From positions 16,616,001 to 16,680,000 of the forward strand of contig OZ024762.1 in the NCBI GenBank assembly GCA_964016885.1: 64,000 bases of DNA, read 5' to 3'. This DNA comes from Eledone cirrhosa (taxonomy: Eukaryota). Position 1 is the first letter of the stretch, and the number at the start of each line of letters is the position of its first letter. This document shows positions 61,898-64,000 of this stretch, piece by piece. Both the position numbers and the translations under genes were made by a program. The notes under the pieces were generated by a model, which saw only the letters and a program-made list of their open reading frames with translations, was not told the origin of the DNA and made no database searches.

Positions 61898-62689
61898 GTA
61901 AGTATAGTACACAACATCATATTTACAGTCATTATTTGGTGATTTGGCAGTATCGGTAGAAGGTCGGACGCCATGCTTTCCAGCATAGCTACGTCCCTTT
62001 ATGGTCTGAGTTCAAATCCCGTCGAGGTTAACTTTGCCTTTCATCCTTACGGGGTCGATAAAATAAAGTACCAGTAATGCACTGGGTTATTGCTGGCCTT
62101 GTGCCAAAAGTAGAAACAATTATTTCAATTCCTGTGATCAGTTTAATGTAAATATACTATTGATTTTTGATTTCATCTACTTCATCTTCAGTCATCATTA
62201 GGGGCCCCTCTATATGTGTGTATGTATATATACATATATATGTCTGTGTATGTGAGGGTAGATAAGGTTTTGTTTATGTATATCAAGATTGAATGCTTAA
62301 ATAAGATAACTGCTTACCAAAGAATTTGTAGTCAGCATATGTAGACTATTATAATAGACGCAGAAACATATGTTAAAGCCAAAAAATTCCTACTCTCCTT
62401 TCTCGCCGAAGTCTATATTTTTCTTGGTGTAGTACTTGCTTATATTATAGTTAGAAGGAACAAAAGGCTGTGTGGTTACTAGATAAAGTGTATTTAGAAA
62501 TAAAAGGAAAGCACAAACAAGGGACAGTCCCCTCTTCAGTTGTCTGCTGGAGGTGAGACATTTCAACGCATTATGCATAATTTTATATCTGTTTTTCTAT
62601 GTTGGCATCATTATCATTTAACATTCTTTTTTCCTGCTTTATTAATTTAATTCTTCTGTAATTCTTTCAAGTATATATCCCATACACCC

Positions 62690-64000
62690 ATCTAGCAGTC
62701 CTTGAGATTATCTGTCACACCAAAGTATCATTTGCCCTAGTAGCAGTTCTTGAGGTTGACTGTCACCAAAGTATCATTTGCCCTAGTAGCAGTTCTTGAG
62801 GTTGACTGTCACCACAGTATCCTTTGCTCTAGTAGCAGTCCTTGAGGTTGTCTGTCATCAAAGTCTCCTTTGCCCTAGTAGCAGTTCTTGAGGTTGTCTC
62901 TCACCACAGTATCCTTTGCCCTAGTAGCAGTCCTTGAGGTTGTCTGTCACCAAAGTCTCCTTTGCCCTAGTAGCAGTCCTTGAGGTTGTCTGTCACACCA
63001 AAGTCTCCTTTGCCCTAGTAGCAGTCCTTGAGGTTGTCTGTCACCAAAGTCTCCTTTACCCTAGTAGCAGTCCTTGAGGTTGTCTGTCACCAAAGTCTCC
63101 TTTACCCTAGTAGCAGTCCTTGAGGTTGTCTGTCACCAAAGTCTCCTTTACCCTAGTAGCAGTCCTTGAGGTTGTCTGTCACCAAAGTCTCCTTTGCCCT
63201 AGTAGCAGTCCTTGAGGTTGTCTGTCACCAAAGTCTCCTTTGCCCTAGTAGCAGTCCTTGAGGTTGTCTGTCACCAAAGTCTCCTTTGCCCTAGTAGCAG
63301 TCCTTGAGGTTGTCTGTCACCAAAGTCTCCTTTGCCCTAGTAGCAGTCCTTGAGGTTGTCTGTCACCAAAGTCTCCTTTACCCTAGTAGCAGTCCTTGAG
63401 GTTGTCTGTCACCACGGTCTCCTTTGCCCTAGTAGCAGTCCTTGAGGTTGTCTGTCACCACAGTCTCCTTTGTCCTAGTAGCAGTCCTTGAGGTTGTCTG
63501 TCACCAAAGTCTCCTTTGCCCTAGTAGCAGTCCTTGAGGTTGTCTGTCACCACAGTCTCCTTTGTCCTAGTAGCAGTCCTTGAGGTTGTCTGTCACCAAA
63601 GTCTCCTTTGCCCTAGTAGCAGTCCTTGAGGTTGTCTGTCACCACAGTCTCCTTTGTCCTAGTAGCAGTCCTTGAGGTTGTCTGTCACCAAAGTCTCCTT
63701 TGCCCTAGTAGCAGTCCTTGAGGTTGTCTGTCACCAAAGTCTCCTTTGCCCTAGTAGCAGTCCTTGAGGTTGTCTGTCACCAAAGTCTCCTTTGCCCTAG
63801 TAGCAGTCCTTGAGGTTGTCTGTCACCAAAGTCTCCTTTACCCTAGTAGCAGTCCTTGAGGTTGTCTGTCACCACGGTCTCCTTTGCCCTAGTAGCAGTC
63901 CTTGAGGTTGTCTGTCACCACAGTCTCCTTTGTCCTAGTAGCAGTCCTTGAGGTTGTCTGTCACCACGGTCTCCTTTGCCCTAGTAGCAGTCCTTGAGGT
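62690..64000. repeat. 46-bp minisatellite running off the window end
   Basis: gtcaccaaagtctcctttgccctagtagcagtccttgaggttgtct. Confidence 0.97.

Noticed and set aside
62690-64000. Regular repeat arrays resembling CRISPR
   Set aside because: Contiguous tandem units with no unique spacers and no cas genes; eukaryotic context

Overview
AT-rich, repeat-dense eukaryotic (metazoan) genomic DNA. The repeat landscape (CORE-type tRNA-SINEs with (GAT)n tails, RTE fragments, TA microsatellites) suggests a cephalopod such as an octopus, but that is inference. The window holds two protein-coding genes arranged head-to-head. (1) On the minus strand is a complete eIF4G2 (DAP5/NAT1/p97) gene. I traced 23 coding exons by hand from 34399 to 6897, all with GT-AG introns and consistent phase, giving 930 aa (MIF4G, MA3, W2). 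It has no usable AUG: the frame is closed by a TAA at 34450, and the best start is a CUG in strong Kozak context at 34399. (2) On the plus strand are the first two coding exons of a ZNF143/ZNF76 (Staf) gene, 60606-61897; the rest lies beyond the window. The shared promoter region (about 45.6-46.7 kb) carries two near-identical Staf-binding-site-like 18-mers, YY1 motifs and a short uORF, suggesting a ZNF143-controlled, possibly autoregulated bidirectional promoter. Introns contain an internally deleted piggyBac and many MITEs sharing its ends, SINEs, RTE/CRE LINE fragments, a Helitron remnant, palindromic repeats with hammerhead-like cores, a tRNA-Phe pseudogene, a candidate H/ACA-like RNA and many minisatellites. 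Nearly all other ORFs in the supplied track are repeat artefacts.
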